NCBI GenBank assembly: GCA_040285825.1
Contig: JAUPSS010000004.1
Location: forward strand, 5,485,784-5,549,783
Direction: 5' to 3'
Source of the DNA: Eukaryota sp. TZLM1-RC
Taxonomy: Eukaryota > Protista > Metamonada: BaSk clade
Length of the DNA: 64,000 bases
Each line of letters starts with the position of its first letter. The first letter of the stretch is position 1. The notes under the pieces are model-generated. The model saw only the letters and a list, made by a program, of their open reading frames with translations. It did no database searches and was not told the DNA's origin. Below, in pieces: positions 49,935 to 61,619 of the stretch. The translations under genes were made by a program, and so were the position numbers.

Positions 49935-50782
49935 TGCTTGAAAACTAATGGTAATGAACTGCTTTTGACCATTGCAAATAGAAATAATGACTCAGAAAAC
50001 ACAAATGAGCTGAATAAACCACCGAAAAAGAAATGAAAAGTGACCCTGATGCCAATAAAACCAAAGAAACACAGTTGAAGGACACTAAAAAAATGCTTGG
50101 TCGAAGACGTAGACATCCAGTCGAAATTTTACCTGAAAGGTCCCTTATTGGCGTTGATCTGGACCAATCTAGATTAAATGGCTACTTCTTAAATGATAAT
50201 CAATGTGGAGTTATCCCTTGGCCAACTGGCAGAAGATAGATGACAAAACCTTCACCCAGTAAACACTCTTCCAATTAATATTCCCTTCAAAATTTCTACC
50301 AATATTTAAACCATTGGAATTTGGTCAAGAGGAAAGTGTATTTGGAAAGTAATCGCCAGAAAGGGAAGATAATTAAATTTGACAACCGCAGACGAAAAGA
50401 GAGACGGTTCAGAGAGAGTCTCAACAAATTTCAAAGGCTGGCTGGACATCCTGATAAAATCTATCTTGCTGTGGGTTCTGGTAATTTCCCTTCTCATTGA
50501 CGAAAACCCAATCGATATGGATCAGCAAGGGCTTTCAGAAAATGGTTGTGTTATCAAAAGGACGTGAAGCACTTGTCACCCAGTGAATTTAATACAAGCA
50601 AACTGTCAAGTTGTTACATGCCCGAGAATATTCAAGCAGGCTCATGGCACATGCGTATTTGTACTGACTGTCAAATATTATATGACAGAGATATTTCCGT
50701 TGTAAAAAATATTCAAATAAAGAAGAAAGCAGAATTGTGGCCCGAAAGATACATTTGCCCAGAAGTTCTTTTTAGGCGATGA
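49935..50782 (+). pseudogene. Fanzor1 (TnpB-like RuvC nuclease) remnant
   Basis: LKTNGNELLLTI; RuvC-I LIGVDL; IYLAVGSGNF; RuvC-II SEFNTSKLSSC; RICTDC; RuvC-III YDRDISVVKNI; several frameshifts. Confidence 0.8.
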
Positions 50783-51311
50783 ATGGGGAACTTGAGCATA
50801 CAGAAACAAAAACTTTGGAAAAACTGATATTTTATTTTGAGTTGTTTATTAAATTTTTGATTTTTTTGAAAAACTTTTGAGACCGATCTACAAATAGCTT
50901 AGTAGCATTTGGTAGATCCACTTAGATACATCCAGTCGCGAGCCTTTGTTCTGTGAAAGCAGTAGGTGTGTTTAGGTGAGGTAGCCCATTGATGAAGATC
51001 ATGATTGTCTTTGACAAATGATGCTACATGTTTCTTACAGTCTGTGAGTAGACATTGAGAAAGTTGAAAACAGGAGTGAATTTCACAGGGGAATACATGA
51101 TAAGTGAAAATCACAGTAGATTAGAGCAAAATCTGATCTAAGGATTTCATTTCTACTGAATCATTATAATTATAATTTCTACTAATTATATGTCATTTCC
51201 GTTATGAACAGTCATTGTAAGCAATGTCATCCTGATCATCTTTTTGCATTCGTCAACTGCTTGAATTACGTCTATAAAAAAGTCGACCACGAACAATTCC
51301 TGGAGACGTTA

Positions 51312-52135
51312 CCATTACATCCAATAAAATGAAGGTTCCATCAAATCCAGGTAATATGACATCACCTCTATTATTCTTATGAAAATAATCTTCAGTATCA
51401 AACAGATTTGACAACAGAGGTTCCAAAAAGGATTCAATTCTATGAAACTTACATATACAGAATAATTGGTCTCTTACAGCATCGAGAACCTTGCTTCTAA
51501 AAGTAATAAAATGTTTACAATTTAACAATTGAGTAATTGTAATTTCTCGAGAACATTTACAAATAAAATTATGAGGTAAATTATCAGGCCAGATAAAGGA
51601 ACGAAATCTCATATTCAGAGTCCAAGCAGAATGAGTCAAGAGAGTACCATAAACTTGAGAAATGGTTGTTACTAAGGCAGAAGAAGTACTATCACACATA
51701 TCTTGTAAAAGATTTGCAAAAGCGGGATTCTTTTTCTTGGCCAAGCCAAGTCGAACATCAAAGTCCAAGCTTTCAAAAATCTTTGACCATTTTTGTTGTA
51801 GTTTTTTACAGCAAAACTGCAAATTAGAAAGAGATCGATTTGGAATTTCTTGAATTCATTGGGGAAAACATTTGGTCCAAAGTTGTGGTGGCAATCTATC
51901 AAGTTCACAAAATAACTCATTCAAATATGGACTGCAACTGGGAACTAAGAGATGAGAATCTTCAGGAAATCTACGAGAAAATTCATAAATAAAATTTTTG
52001 CCACCACCCAAAAATGCTGATTGGCACAAAATAGATGATTTAGCAAATCCAAAACCACCCAAATTTGCTGAAGAAAATAGGTGATTTTTCAACATTCCAG
52101 GTTCTACATCCAATAAATCAGCAAAAAATTCTGTC
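51312..52135 (-). mobile_element. Family B RLE fragment
   Basis: Close paralogue of 31380-32200. Confidence 0.9.
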
Positions 52136-52394
52136 CTCGATGAAATCAGCTGGAGATTGCAATCAGTGAGGATTTCACTAGTACTAGGCCATAACCATTC
52201 CGAAGACCTAGGCGTGTGGGACTTTTAAGGAGACAGTAGTAGCTGTTATATTCAACGTATTTCCAAGGTGTTTAGTGTTTACTAACTCTTAGTGCTGACA
52301 AGTTTACATCAACGTTGGTGATATTTATTGAATATTGATTTGATGAGAAATTCTCTGGAAACTCAGTTGTTTAACCCAACACATCCCATCCACA

Positions 52395-52958
52395 ATGTAC
52401 GTTCCTCGACCAAAGAATAGGTGTACGGAATCCAGAAGTGTACATGATGCTCCTACACAACGGATACATCCAATGTTTTCCCATTTGCCCTATTCATTCC
52501 CACATCATCCAATATCACAGCAAATGCGCGGTCCACAAATGCGTGTTCCTCAAATGCCATGGTTTTCTCCACACTCACCTTTTGTGCCCCCACAGGTTGC
52601 TCAGGTTCAACAAGTGCCACAGGCTCCAATACCACAACACTTTGAAACTCCCCGTGTCTCTGAAAGGCCACCACTGGATGAACTTGAAGATATAGAACCT
52701 GATCATCAATTTACAGACTTTCTTTTATCCAGAGGTATTTCCGAGGAAGTTGTAAATGACATTGCTGCCGGAATAGACTACCATCATAGCTTTCTCAACT
52801 CTCTTTGTGATTTTGTAAATCAACGAAGAGAGGTCTTGGAGGAAGAAAAGTACTACAATGAGCGGATGAAAGCTCATGAGGACGCAAAAAGGTCACATCA
52901 GATGATTGAACAACACCTCAATTATCTAAATAAGACCTATAAATGGTCAGGCGAATAA
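52395..52958 (+). CDS. Orphan 187-aa protein (Pro/Gln-rich N-half, helical acidic C-half)
   Basis: Intact ATG-TAA ORF with higher GC than its flanks; AATAAA overlaps the stop. Confidence 0.55.
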   Translation: MYVPRPKNRCTESRSVHDAPTQRIHPMFSHLPYSFPHHPISQQMRGPQMRVPQMPWFSPHSPFVPPQVAQVQQVPQAPIPQHFETPRVSERPPLDELEDIEPDHQFTDFLLSRGISEEVVNDIAAGIDYHHSFLNSLCDFVNQRREVLEEEKYYNERMKAHEDAKRSHQMIEQHLNYLNKTYKWSGE

Positions 52959-53199
52959 ATTTTTAGCCATTTTTTTAATTTTTTTTCAATTGATTGTAAT
53001 GTATTTTAGATCTTTGGTTTTGTTTGATTTTAATGTCTTAATTGTTTCTCAGGGTTTCTTTTTGTTTTGTCTATTTTGTTTATAGATGTTTTGTGGTCAA
53101 TGTATTTAAATTTTAAATTTTTTTATTTAATACCATATTATTTATTAGAATTGGTTCTGGTGAAACAAACATACTGTTCAATTTTTTGGGATGCTCAGA

Positions 53200-54073
53200 G
53201 AAATATCCTAACAATAGAAATTGAGAGAGGCTAATCAACGAGATCGAACTCAATTTGACAACAACATAACAGCACTGATTAAAAGAACATGGTAAAAGAA
53301 TACATTGCTCAGCAAAGTGTAAATCTGAGATTGCTTCAAGGAGAACAATTTGTGATATGTCCTTTGTGTGGTTATGGAGACCTAGGCTTAGATCACTCGT
53401 TTCAATGTAGAAAAGTTTCGAGAATGGTTACACAAAGACAGGACGAAGTAAATAATTTTATTAACGAATTAAATAATTTTGAATCTGAAAAGGAATTTAA
53501 ATTTGGTTTAAATAAGCATTTACGTGTTGATGGCTTTCAAACGTCAACCAAAATTGCTTTTGATGTTACCATAGTTGGAGGTTATGGTAATAATTGGAGT
53601 GATGCTTTTTCGAAAGCTTATTCTGATAAAATTGCAAAGTATTCAATTTTAAAAGAATTAAATTTAATTCAACCAAATTGTTCCTCTCGTTTTTAGTGTT
53701 CATGGGGGTTTTTACACTAAAACAACAATACTATTTGACCAATTTGGATGGAATGAGGTAGCAGATGAAATTAGTTGTATCATTTTGAAGAATAGCTTTA
53801 AATGCCACAGTGCTTTTAATTATATACTTCAAAAGAAAAGAGAAGATCGTCAATGTTGGTAGGTAGTTGACTTTTATTATTCAAGTAGTTTCTTCTTAAT
53901 TTTCAATAGAAGCAAAGTGTAATAATAATATTACAGTGCTTTTCATTATATACTTCAAAAGAAAAGAGAAGATCGTCAATGTTGGTAGGTAGTTGTTTTT
54001 TTAGTATTCAAGTAGTTTCTTCTTAATTTTCAATAAAAGCAAAGTGTAATTAAAGTGTAATTAAAGTGTAATT
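53200..54073 (+). mobile_element. R2-like RLE non-LTR 3' end with tandemly duplicated terminus
   Basis: CPLC..LDHSFQC, QRQDEV, LRVDG, FDVTIV, DKIAKY; 126-bp unit repeated from 53807 and 53933, then TAAAGTGTAAT repeats. Confidence 0.8.
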
Positions 54074-54742
54074 ATCAAGTTAAACAAATGTTGTTCTTTA
54101 TTACTTCAACAACCAAACTCACTGATAGAATGAATATTATTCAACTTAAACCTTTTCATGTATTTTTTGAAGCATGTCTTGATGTCAACAACTACTCACC
54201 GCAAATCCTTGAATAGTAATTTTATGGTGCATCATCCTTTAACAATTAAGAGTTTACGATGATTCTTTTTCAAATGCAGGTCGTTGTTGGCCAATCATCT
54301 TCATATTAATCTATCTAATTTCCACTTTTTTTTCTATTTCTATTTGTTTGTTACAACGTTTTTCCTCTCGAGTGAACTTGAAAATCTATTAATGAAGTAT
54401 TAAAGAATTTCTAGAGAGCGATTTTGCAGGTATATCTCTTAAATCCTGGAATGTTTAATAATCATAGAATCACTCTCAAAAACAGCTTCCGTGACTATAG
54501 ATCCTTCATACACTCTATCTCTTGGGATTAATGGTTATGAATAGAATGTTAATGGGGATGTTATAGTAAAACCCACCTAAAAGAAACTGTGCAAGTCAAA
54601 ACTTCTTTTGAGACAGTAATCTATTGGACATTAGTTTGCTACCAATAGTATTAGACTTTTGACTCAACGTTCTTATTTATAGGGGGAGTATCAGTCCTAA
54701 CCTTCACTTCCGGGAGAACTGTGTTTTCTACATCCATGGTCT

Positions 54743-55309
54743 CTATAGATATACTGCAGTGAGAATAGAATGAAGCAGGGGAGTTTGGAGCAACGAGATG
54801 AAGTTGTCTTGATCAGGGGAAGGCGGAAGAATGGGGGAAATGAAGAGAGAAACATCGCGGTAAAGGAAAAGAGTTTCAACGATTGAGGAATGTTGAAGTT
54901 CCAACGATGAATCAGAGTCAGAAAAATCAGTACGGGGAGAAAATACTAAAAGGGAGTAGAGTATAATGTCTGAAACAAGAGATAGCGATGAAGGGGGTAT
55001 AGAAGGGGATGTGTTGGACGAACAAGAAGATGTTAGCCATAACTTGAAAATAGAAATGACCTTGGAAATGAGTGTAGAATCTTCAGAAGAGGTGAAAGAA
55101 AGATCAAATGCAGCTCCCATGAAATCTACTGCAATTTTTAACTGCGATGGGTCACAAATTACAGTATCAACGTTAGAGGCTTCATTAATTGCAGCATTCA
55201 GTGAGTAACTCAAAGTATGACGTACATTGAGAGGAAAGGTTGAAAGAGGATTAGCATATGAAGGAACAGATTGCAGGGCAATGTGGTGCTCAAGTGTTTG
55301 TTTGCTCAA
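54743..55309 (-). pseudogene. Fragment resembling the RalGAP-beta N-terminus
   Basis: PLSTFPLNVRH, AVDFMGAAFDL, ISKVISIFKLWL, IILYSLLVFSPR pattern; no clear ATG or continuation. Confidence 0.4.
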
Positions 55310-55380
55310 ACTTCTGGTAGTAGTTCGTTGAGTTCAAGATTCTGCTACATCAATAATACAAATTTCATCATCCCTAATCT

Positions 55381-56234
55381 GCTGCTACTTTAGTGACTCA
55401 AATTTCCACTGTTTATGGATTTTTGTTAAAAAACAATGAATGACTTTTGAACATGCGTTTTCGTTGTTTTCAATGACCAAACAATTTACCTTATCATTTA
55501 ACGTGTAAATGTGGTAAACCTCTTTTGTTTACTCATCTTTTGAACTGTAAACATTTCATTACATTTAGAAGTAAAGTATATAATAATGTCAGGGACCAAA
55601 TTAATGTAATGTGTAAATCATATCGAGTAGATTCTCTTTTAGAGCCTTTGTTATTAAAATTAATTCTTGATGAACCCCAATATTGATAGTACGCGCTACA
55701 ACACAGCTTTTATGGTCTGACAAGAGGTTATTTGGTCGTTCCCGGTTTAAATGGTAGTTTTACTTTTTGAGACGCAATGTCCATCGACCCTTGTTATTCT
55801 TCTAACGAACATTTCATTAACTCAGATGTAAATAATCCTCTTCTTGCAGGCGAATAATATAAAAATGCTAAGTATGCAAAACCCATTTCCTCGATTAATG
55901 AAAATTCTCATGCCCAATATAATTATGTCCCTTTGTTTCTTCTTTACTTGGATTTTTATGTAAGGCTGCTATGGCTTTCCTTGAGGATTTTGTTGTAAAG
56001 GAAAGAACTGGAAGAAATTTCAATCGTGTTTACTGGCGAAACAGGATTGTATTTTTAATTTAGGAGGGAATGGTGAAATTAATTTCTGATTCACTCTCGT
56101 CCTTTGGAAATTTTCTGAATCTTTAGTAATTAATTGTTTTGATGTAGGGGAGGTAGCTTTTGAGGATGTGGAGTTTTAGTTGTGTATTTCATGGTGTCAT
56201 ATTCCTTATTAGATAAAGAAAATTTTTATTATTT
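55381..56234 (+). mobile_element. 5'-truncated family C RLE element with 13-bp TSD
   Basis: TCATCCCTAATCT at 55368-55380 and 56235-56247; homologous to 17609-18180. Confidence 0.88.
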
Positions 56235-56364
56235 TCATCCCTAATCTAGACAGCTGACCTTAGACAGCTGGAAGAATAGATATGTTTGGCATGTAAGCAG
56301 AAGAGTTGTGAAAAGAGCTGTTATAATATAGATTATTCTATAATTTATTAAAATTTTTGGTCTA

Positions 56365-56735
56365 ATTAATATTTATTGAAATTGCACACTTAATTAAATT
56401 AACTCATAACTAATGGGACGACTATCGTTGAACCAAGATTTCCTCTACAAAATCTTGATCTGCTTGCTGTCTAGCTAAAGCTTCTCTAATTCGATTGAAA
56501 AACCGAGGTAATCTATTAATAATGGCAAATTGAATCCGTGAACACCATAAAAAAATATCAAATCTTTTCATTGTTTTTTCTTGCACCATTTTTTGGAAGC
56601 CATCAAAAACAGTTTCTGCTTCAACTGATAATCTTCCATTTATCGAAAATGGGAAAGCATTAAAAACCAGATGTGTATTTCTATCGACATTAGCCTCTTC
56701 AATATCTTTATCATACTTCTATGTTTCTCTTATTT
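56365..56735 (-). mobile_element. Family A RLE 3' fragment
   Basis: Matches 18400-18760. Confidence 0.85.
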
Positions 56736-56739
56736 CTCT

Positions 56740-57150
56740 TATAGCCGTTATCTAACGCCGAAAAAAGAAGATATAAAATATGAAGAACCTTTGGCACAAC
56801 TAGGTAGAGTGGAACATGTGAAATATCAGTTTGTGCCGTTTACAATTTCTCTTTTTGGCAATATTGGACCTTCAGGGTTGCACTTTTTTGAAAATTTCAA
56901 AAAAGTGTTACTGAATAGGTCTAGTAAAACAATGAACTCCACTTTCTGGTCAAATAAAATTGTTTTTTGCATTTTCAAGTCTATTCCAACAATGATTTCA
57001 AAGGCACTTTTAGCTATTGGTGTAGAATATGAACGTAGTGCTGTGAGTAGGTTCAGTAATAATGACGCTTGTTTGAAGGATATTGAATTCTAGATAGTTC
57101 TTTTTCTCAATAAATATTCCAGTTAAAAAAATTAATAAATAAAAAACAAA
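56740..57150 (+). mobile_element. RLE non-LTR 3' fragment with A-rich tail
   Basis: KYEEPL..YQFVPFTISLFGNIGP..FWSNKIVF. Confidence 0.75.
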
Positions 57151-57189
57151 TTTATGTGTTGAAAAACACCAACAAATACCACAAACCCT

Positions 57190-58171
57190 TATTTATTTTT
57201 GAAAACGAACGCTAATGACTACAGCGAGTCTTCTAATGGTGATAGTGTCCGTATAACTTTCAAACCGCACCCAAAGCGACACGATTGAGATTGTCTGGAG
57301 AAGCCTTGGTTGATAAGAGATCCAGAGATAAACTTGATTACTATGAAACCACTCGGAATAGAAAACATACCCTGCAAGCCAAGGTTGAACAGCCGAGACC
57401 TCCCCAGAATCCAAAAGCTACTGAGTGGTATGCACCTGATGACCAAACGGAAATGGTGTTCTGGGCCATCGACCCCAACCACTCAAATCTAAGTGATTCA
57501 AAGCAATGGAACATGTTCAGGGCCGACCGTATCCAATATCTTCTTGGCACCGAAGAAGCGAAAAATCAATCACTCCGCTTCACTGACCCACTCATCAATA
57601 GATGTTTATGACATGCAGAATTGAACCATTATCTGCTTGAAATATCAACTATCGGTGACTATAAGGACTATGAAGGTAATACGTAAGACGATCATTGCTA
57701 AAGCAGCAATTATACCTGAGAGCTCGAAAAGCATTGAGGAGAAACACATTTGACTTCTTTATAAGAAAACAGAAAAGATTTAGCTCAAGTAGCAACAAAG
57801 TGAAAAAATTTGCAGACGGTGGAGAAGTAAAGGTGTGGTTTGGCAATGGAGGTGGTGGTACATCAAGTCAAAAAGTGAAAACTCCACGTAAGGCGTTTCT
57901 CAAGTTGTTACAATGTTCATTTGTTAATGTCAAGATCGGAGATGAATATATGACAACTGCAAAGGTGAACTGCTGCAAGATGCTACACCAAAAGATCTAT
58001 CGAGAAGTTGATGGTGAAGTTAAAGTTCACAACGCCTATTTCAGTTGTCTGGAATGTAATCAAGTATGGTCTAGAGACATTTCTGCATCACTAAATCAGC
58101 TAGAAATTGCAATTAGTGAGCACTACTATGGAACAAGACCAGAAGCGTGCCAGAGACCACAAAAAAACTAG
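57190..58171 (+). pseudogene. Fanzor1 (eukaryotic TnpB homologue), N-terminally truncated and frameshifted
   Basis: SNGDSVRITF; RuvC-I FWAIDPN; FDFFIRKQKR; VWFGNG; RuvC-II IGDEYMTT; CC and CLEC; RuvC-III WSRDISASLN; terminal RPEACQR. Confidence 0.88.
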
Positions 58172-58300
58172 CTTCAAAGCTACGTATTGTTCTAGAGGAG
58201 AAATGGGCTCACTGAGATTGGTGGCCAATTATTCGAGGATTCTAGAACGTCTGTGGACGATCTCACCAAGAATGAAAGTTCTTGGAATAACTTTGAATGA
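58172..58300 (+). ncRNA. Candidate Fanzor omegaRNA scaffold
   Basis: Immediately 3' of the Fanzor stop; nested complementary stems and a GAAA-loop hairpin CCAAGAAT-GAAA-GTTCTTGG. Confidence 0.6.
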
Positions 58301-58325
58301 TGCTTGAAGAAAGTATGCATTTCAA

Positions 58326-60149
58326 ATGAAAACCACAGATAGAATTGAACACTACAACCAACTTATGAGCATACGATCCTCTCTACAATGCGTTCCTCCC
58401 TCAGATATTCTCCCTTCATTACATCCTACATTTTCTGTTTCACTCCTTCCTTCAACTGAATCAGATAAGGTGGACTCTATCGATCGTTGCCACTCATGTA
58501 AAGCATTCTCTTCCTCAACTTTTCCTTCCTCTAACGGCACTTCTCTTTGTCCCTTCTGTCTAACGACTTCACCCATTTCATCCCTCGCACCTAGTTTCTC
58601 GTCAATTATCAGCTCCAAATCATATCCATTTATTCCACTTAATATTATTCTTATAGATTCCTGCTATTCTGAATTAGAAGACATTTTGCTATTTGTAAAT
58701 ACTTTGGAATTGACAATGCCTGATGAAAAGTATTTAATATTTTCAATTACGTCTGATGGAATTGTTTTGCACATGAGCCAAATATTGAAATTTTCGTTGA
58801 ACTTTGATGAGATTTTTGATAGATATAGACCTTCATTTGCTGATTTTTTCAATGGATCGCGGTTAGTAGTCGACAGGTCTACAGCTGTCGACATAATCAA
58901 TCAATCAATCAATTTTGTCGAGTCTTCCAATGTCTTGAATTTGGATCTGCCCCTACAAATTATTACAAATACCCTTAAGAAAAACTATTTTGCCAAATTT
59001 TCGTTACTGAATCTTATCATCGTGTCATCGAGACAAGTTGAACTAAATTTTGACAAATATCATCCTTCATTAAGGATCAATTCTATACTAAAATCTGAAA
59101 ATTTCAATCTGTCAAGCCTGTCAGCCCAAACAAATGGTGTTTGCTTGCCTTTATTTTCTTCAGTTGGAATTAAAAATCAATTTGCAAATATTGAAAATTT
59201 AAGGGGTTATTTTAATCAATTTTTCAACCATTCTAACTTGAACTTTGGTATAGAGCTCAAGATCAGATCATCTTGGGACATTGTTGAAGTTTTAAACAAT
59301 CCCAATTTTTTAACTATACCAGATTCCCACACCCTCAAATTACAATCAAATCTCCAATCAAATGACATCAACTTTCTTTCATTTTCTGTTACACCACCAG
59401 ACAATATCTCCATAGATTTGTTTGTTCAAGTAGCTGTGAAAAGGACCATTTTACAGGATTGTTCGTTGATTGATGTACTTGATGTCAGTTGTATTCAACT
59501 TCCAATCAATTATGACGTGACGTCTTTTGAAGTCCTGCAATCAATCAATCACAAAGTAGTTTTTGACCATATGTTTAGAGCTTTTTGTTTAAACGCTAGG
59601 GTCAATATGGACATTACAAACAAGTTGAGATCTAAACTAATCTCAACGATGCTAAATTTTGAAAATTTGTACTTGTCAACTGATCCCAGTCGCGATCCAC
59701 AGGTGGAGCTCACTTTTCCAAATTCTGAAAATTTAAATACTCTGCTGCACTTAACACATGGACTATTGTCTCATCCAATGGTTGTTATTAATAATAGCAG
59801 TACAATTTCTTTCTTGCTCAATTGTCTTGCTCAATTATCAATTATTCGAAAATTTGATGCTTTTATGCCAAAATTTCACGTGAAATATAACTCAGGTGAG
59901 TTAGGAATAATGGCTGGCTTGTCACGGGACGAATTTTTGAAAATCTTACAGAACAAAACAACACTAGATCACATTGGTGTTGATACTGGTTTTGCAAAAA
60001 TTTACTGTGATTACACTAAAACTTTAACTCGTGATTGCTTTGTCGTTCCTGATTGTAGTTACTTGCTGAGCTTTTGTAGCGTAGATTGGGAAGCATTTGG
60101 TTTACATAATTTTGAATCGTTTGTAGAATTTTTGAAGTCTAAGATTTAA
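58326..60149 (+). CDS. Divergent Sec23/Sec24-like protein (Zn finger, vWA-like trunk, beta-sandwich)
   Basis: IRSSLQCVP, RCHSCKAF...CPFC, IILIDSC, LSAQTNG, ELKIRSS, LFVQVAV; start may be MSIRSS at 58365. Confidence 0.7.
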   Translation: MKTTDRIEHYNQLMSIRSSLQCVPPSDILPSLHPTFSVSLLPSTESDKVDSIDRCHSCKAFSSSTFPSSNGTSLCPFCLTTSPISSLAPSFSSIISSKSYPFIPLNIILIDSCYSELEDILLFVNTLELTMPDEKYLIFSITSDGIVLHMSQILKFSLNFDEIFDRYRPSFADFFNGSRLVVDRSTAVDIINQSINFVESSNVLNLDLPLQIITNTLKKNYFAKFSLLNLIIVSSRQVELNFDKYHPSLRINSILKSENFNLSSLSAQTNGVCLPLFSSVGIKNQFANIENLRGYFNQFFNHSNLNFGIELKIRSSWDIVEVLNNPNFLTIPDSHTLKLQSNLQSNDINFLSFSVTPPDNISIDLFVQVAVKRTILQDCSLIDVLDVSCIQLPINYDVTSFEVLQSINHKVVFDHMFRAFCLNARVNMDITNKLRSKLISTMLNFENLYLSTDPSRDPQVELTFPNSENLNTLLHLTHGLLSHPMVVINNSSTISFLLNCLAQLSIIRKFDAFMPKFHVKYNSGELGIMAGLSRDEFLKILQNKTTLDHIGVDTGFAKIYCDYTKTLTRDCFVVPDCSYLLSFCSVDWEAFGLHNFESFVEFLKSKI

Positions 60150-60639
60150 TAAATATTCTGCATAATTCATAATAATAATAATAATAAATACTCTAAATAC
60201 AAAATTACTCTACAATAATAATATTGTTTCTTCACTTTTTATATTTTAAAATGATGGTTAGGAAAACTTAACTCAAGTCCAAAAGCTTGTGATCACTACC
60301 ATCGTTTAAACTGGTCAACAATGTTGGATGTTGTAAAAATGTAATGAAGCAGTAGGTCACCAATCATTTCATCAAATTAAATTGGCAAACAAGTGGTGAA
60401 GACTCTTTTCAGATTTTCTTGAATCTTTATCTTTAAACCTGCTCTTCCATTCCGGTTAGTGTTGTAATTTGATGGATATAAGTGAGCAAGTTTAAAGGCC
60501 TTTTTTGGAATAAAATCATACTTCACAATTACACCACCATACACATTTTTAGTTTACATTTATTATTTATTTCAAGATCAAACAATGGGTTTTGTACAGT
60601 TTACAAAAAAAAGTTTTTTTGTGAAACATAACACACAAA

Positions 60640-61300
60640 CTGAACAAGAACTAATATGAACAAGAACTAATATGAACAAGAAGTAATATTAAATAAACAC
60701 AAGGAGTTGCTTATGACTTGGTTTCTGCATTGATCAATTTTAACTGAACTTTTTCTTAGCACGCCATCATTATAATTATACACAATTCCAAAGACTGGAA
60801 GTTCAAGGCTATTTCTCTTAAGTCTTGTTGAAAATTTCTCCAAATTACTATTTTTAAGAATTCCAGAATTCATTTTCACGTGGACGAAAAATTTAATGAA
60901 GTGAAAACGTATATGGTTTTAAATTACAAGAAATACACGAAAAAATATTCAAGGCTTAAATCTGACTCTGATACTTTTCACCTTTAGCTTTCTCAGAATA
61001 TTCTAAAAGAATAAATATGGTTTCGATAAATCATGAAGAGAATATTTGTTACAAGGATCAACAGTACTGAATTCCAATACGATTTGTTGGCAATTAGAAC
61101 AATGACCATGAACGACACTTCGACTTTTGTTATCTTGATAGTCTAGGAAAATGCAGGTTTAATTTTGACACTAAATCTTTTGAACAATATGAAACAATAA
61201 TCACAAACTCTATTGTGAAGAATTAATGTATGGTATTTAGTTGAAACCATAATTCTGATTGTTTCTGACCAATGAACACTTTTGACCACCACAGATGTAC
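60640..61300 (-). mobile_element. Decayed RLE fragment ending in short tandem repeats
   Basis: IVLEFSTVDPCNK; TGAACAAGAACTAATA x3 at about 60641-60688. Confidence 0.5.
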
Positions 61301-61619
61301 ATAGAAAGAACTGAACAATAAATTATGAGCATACCTCAAAGTTGGAAAAATTTTTTTTAATTTCTCAGTGACTTGCAATCATAGAATATTGCGGTATCGA
61401 TTGCGGTATCGATTGAATTTGCAATTTCTATTTGTTTTAAATTCAGATCATACAAAATTTCCGATTGTGGAATCAAAATTATGGTTCAAGTGTGAGTGAC
61501 AATTTTTCTTAAATGGAATGTAATTGAGCATTTGATTGGTTTTGAAATTGGAGGGCGTTCCTTTAAGAACAGCAAAACATGTGATGTAATCTCTTGATGT
61601 TTCCAATCTCACTCATTGT

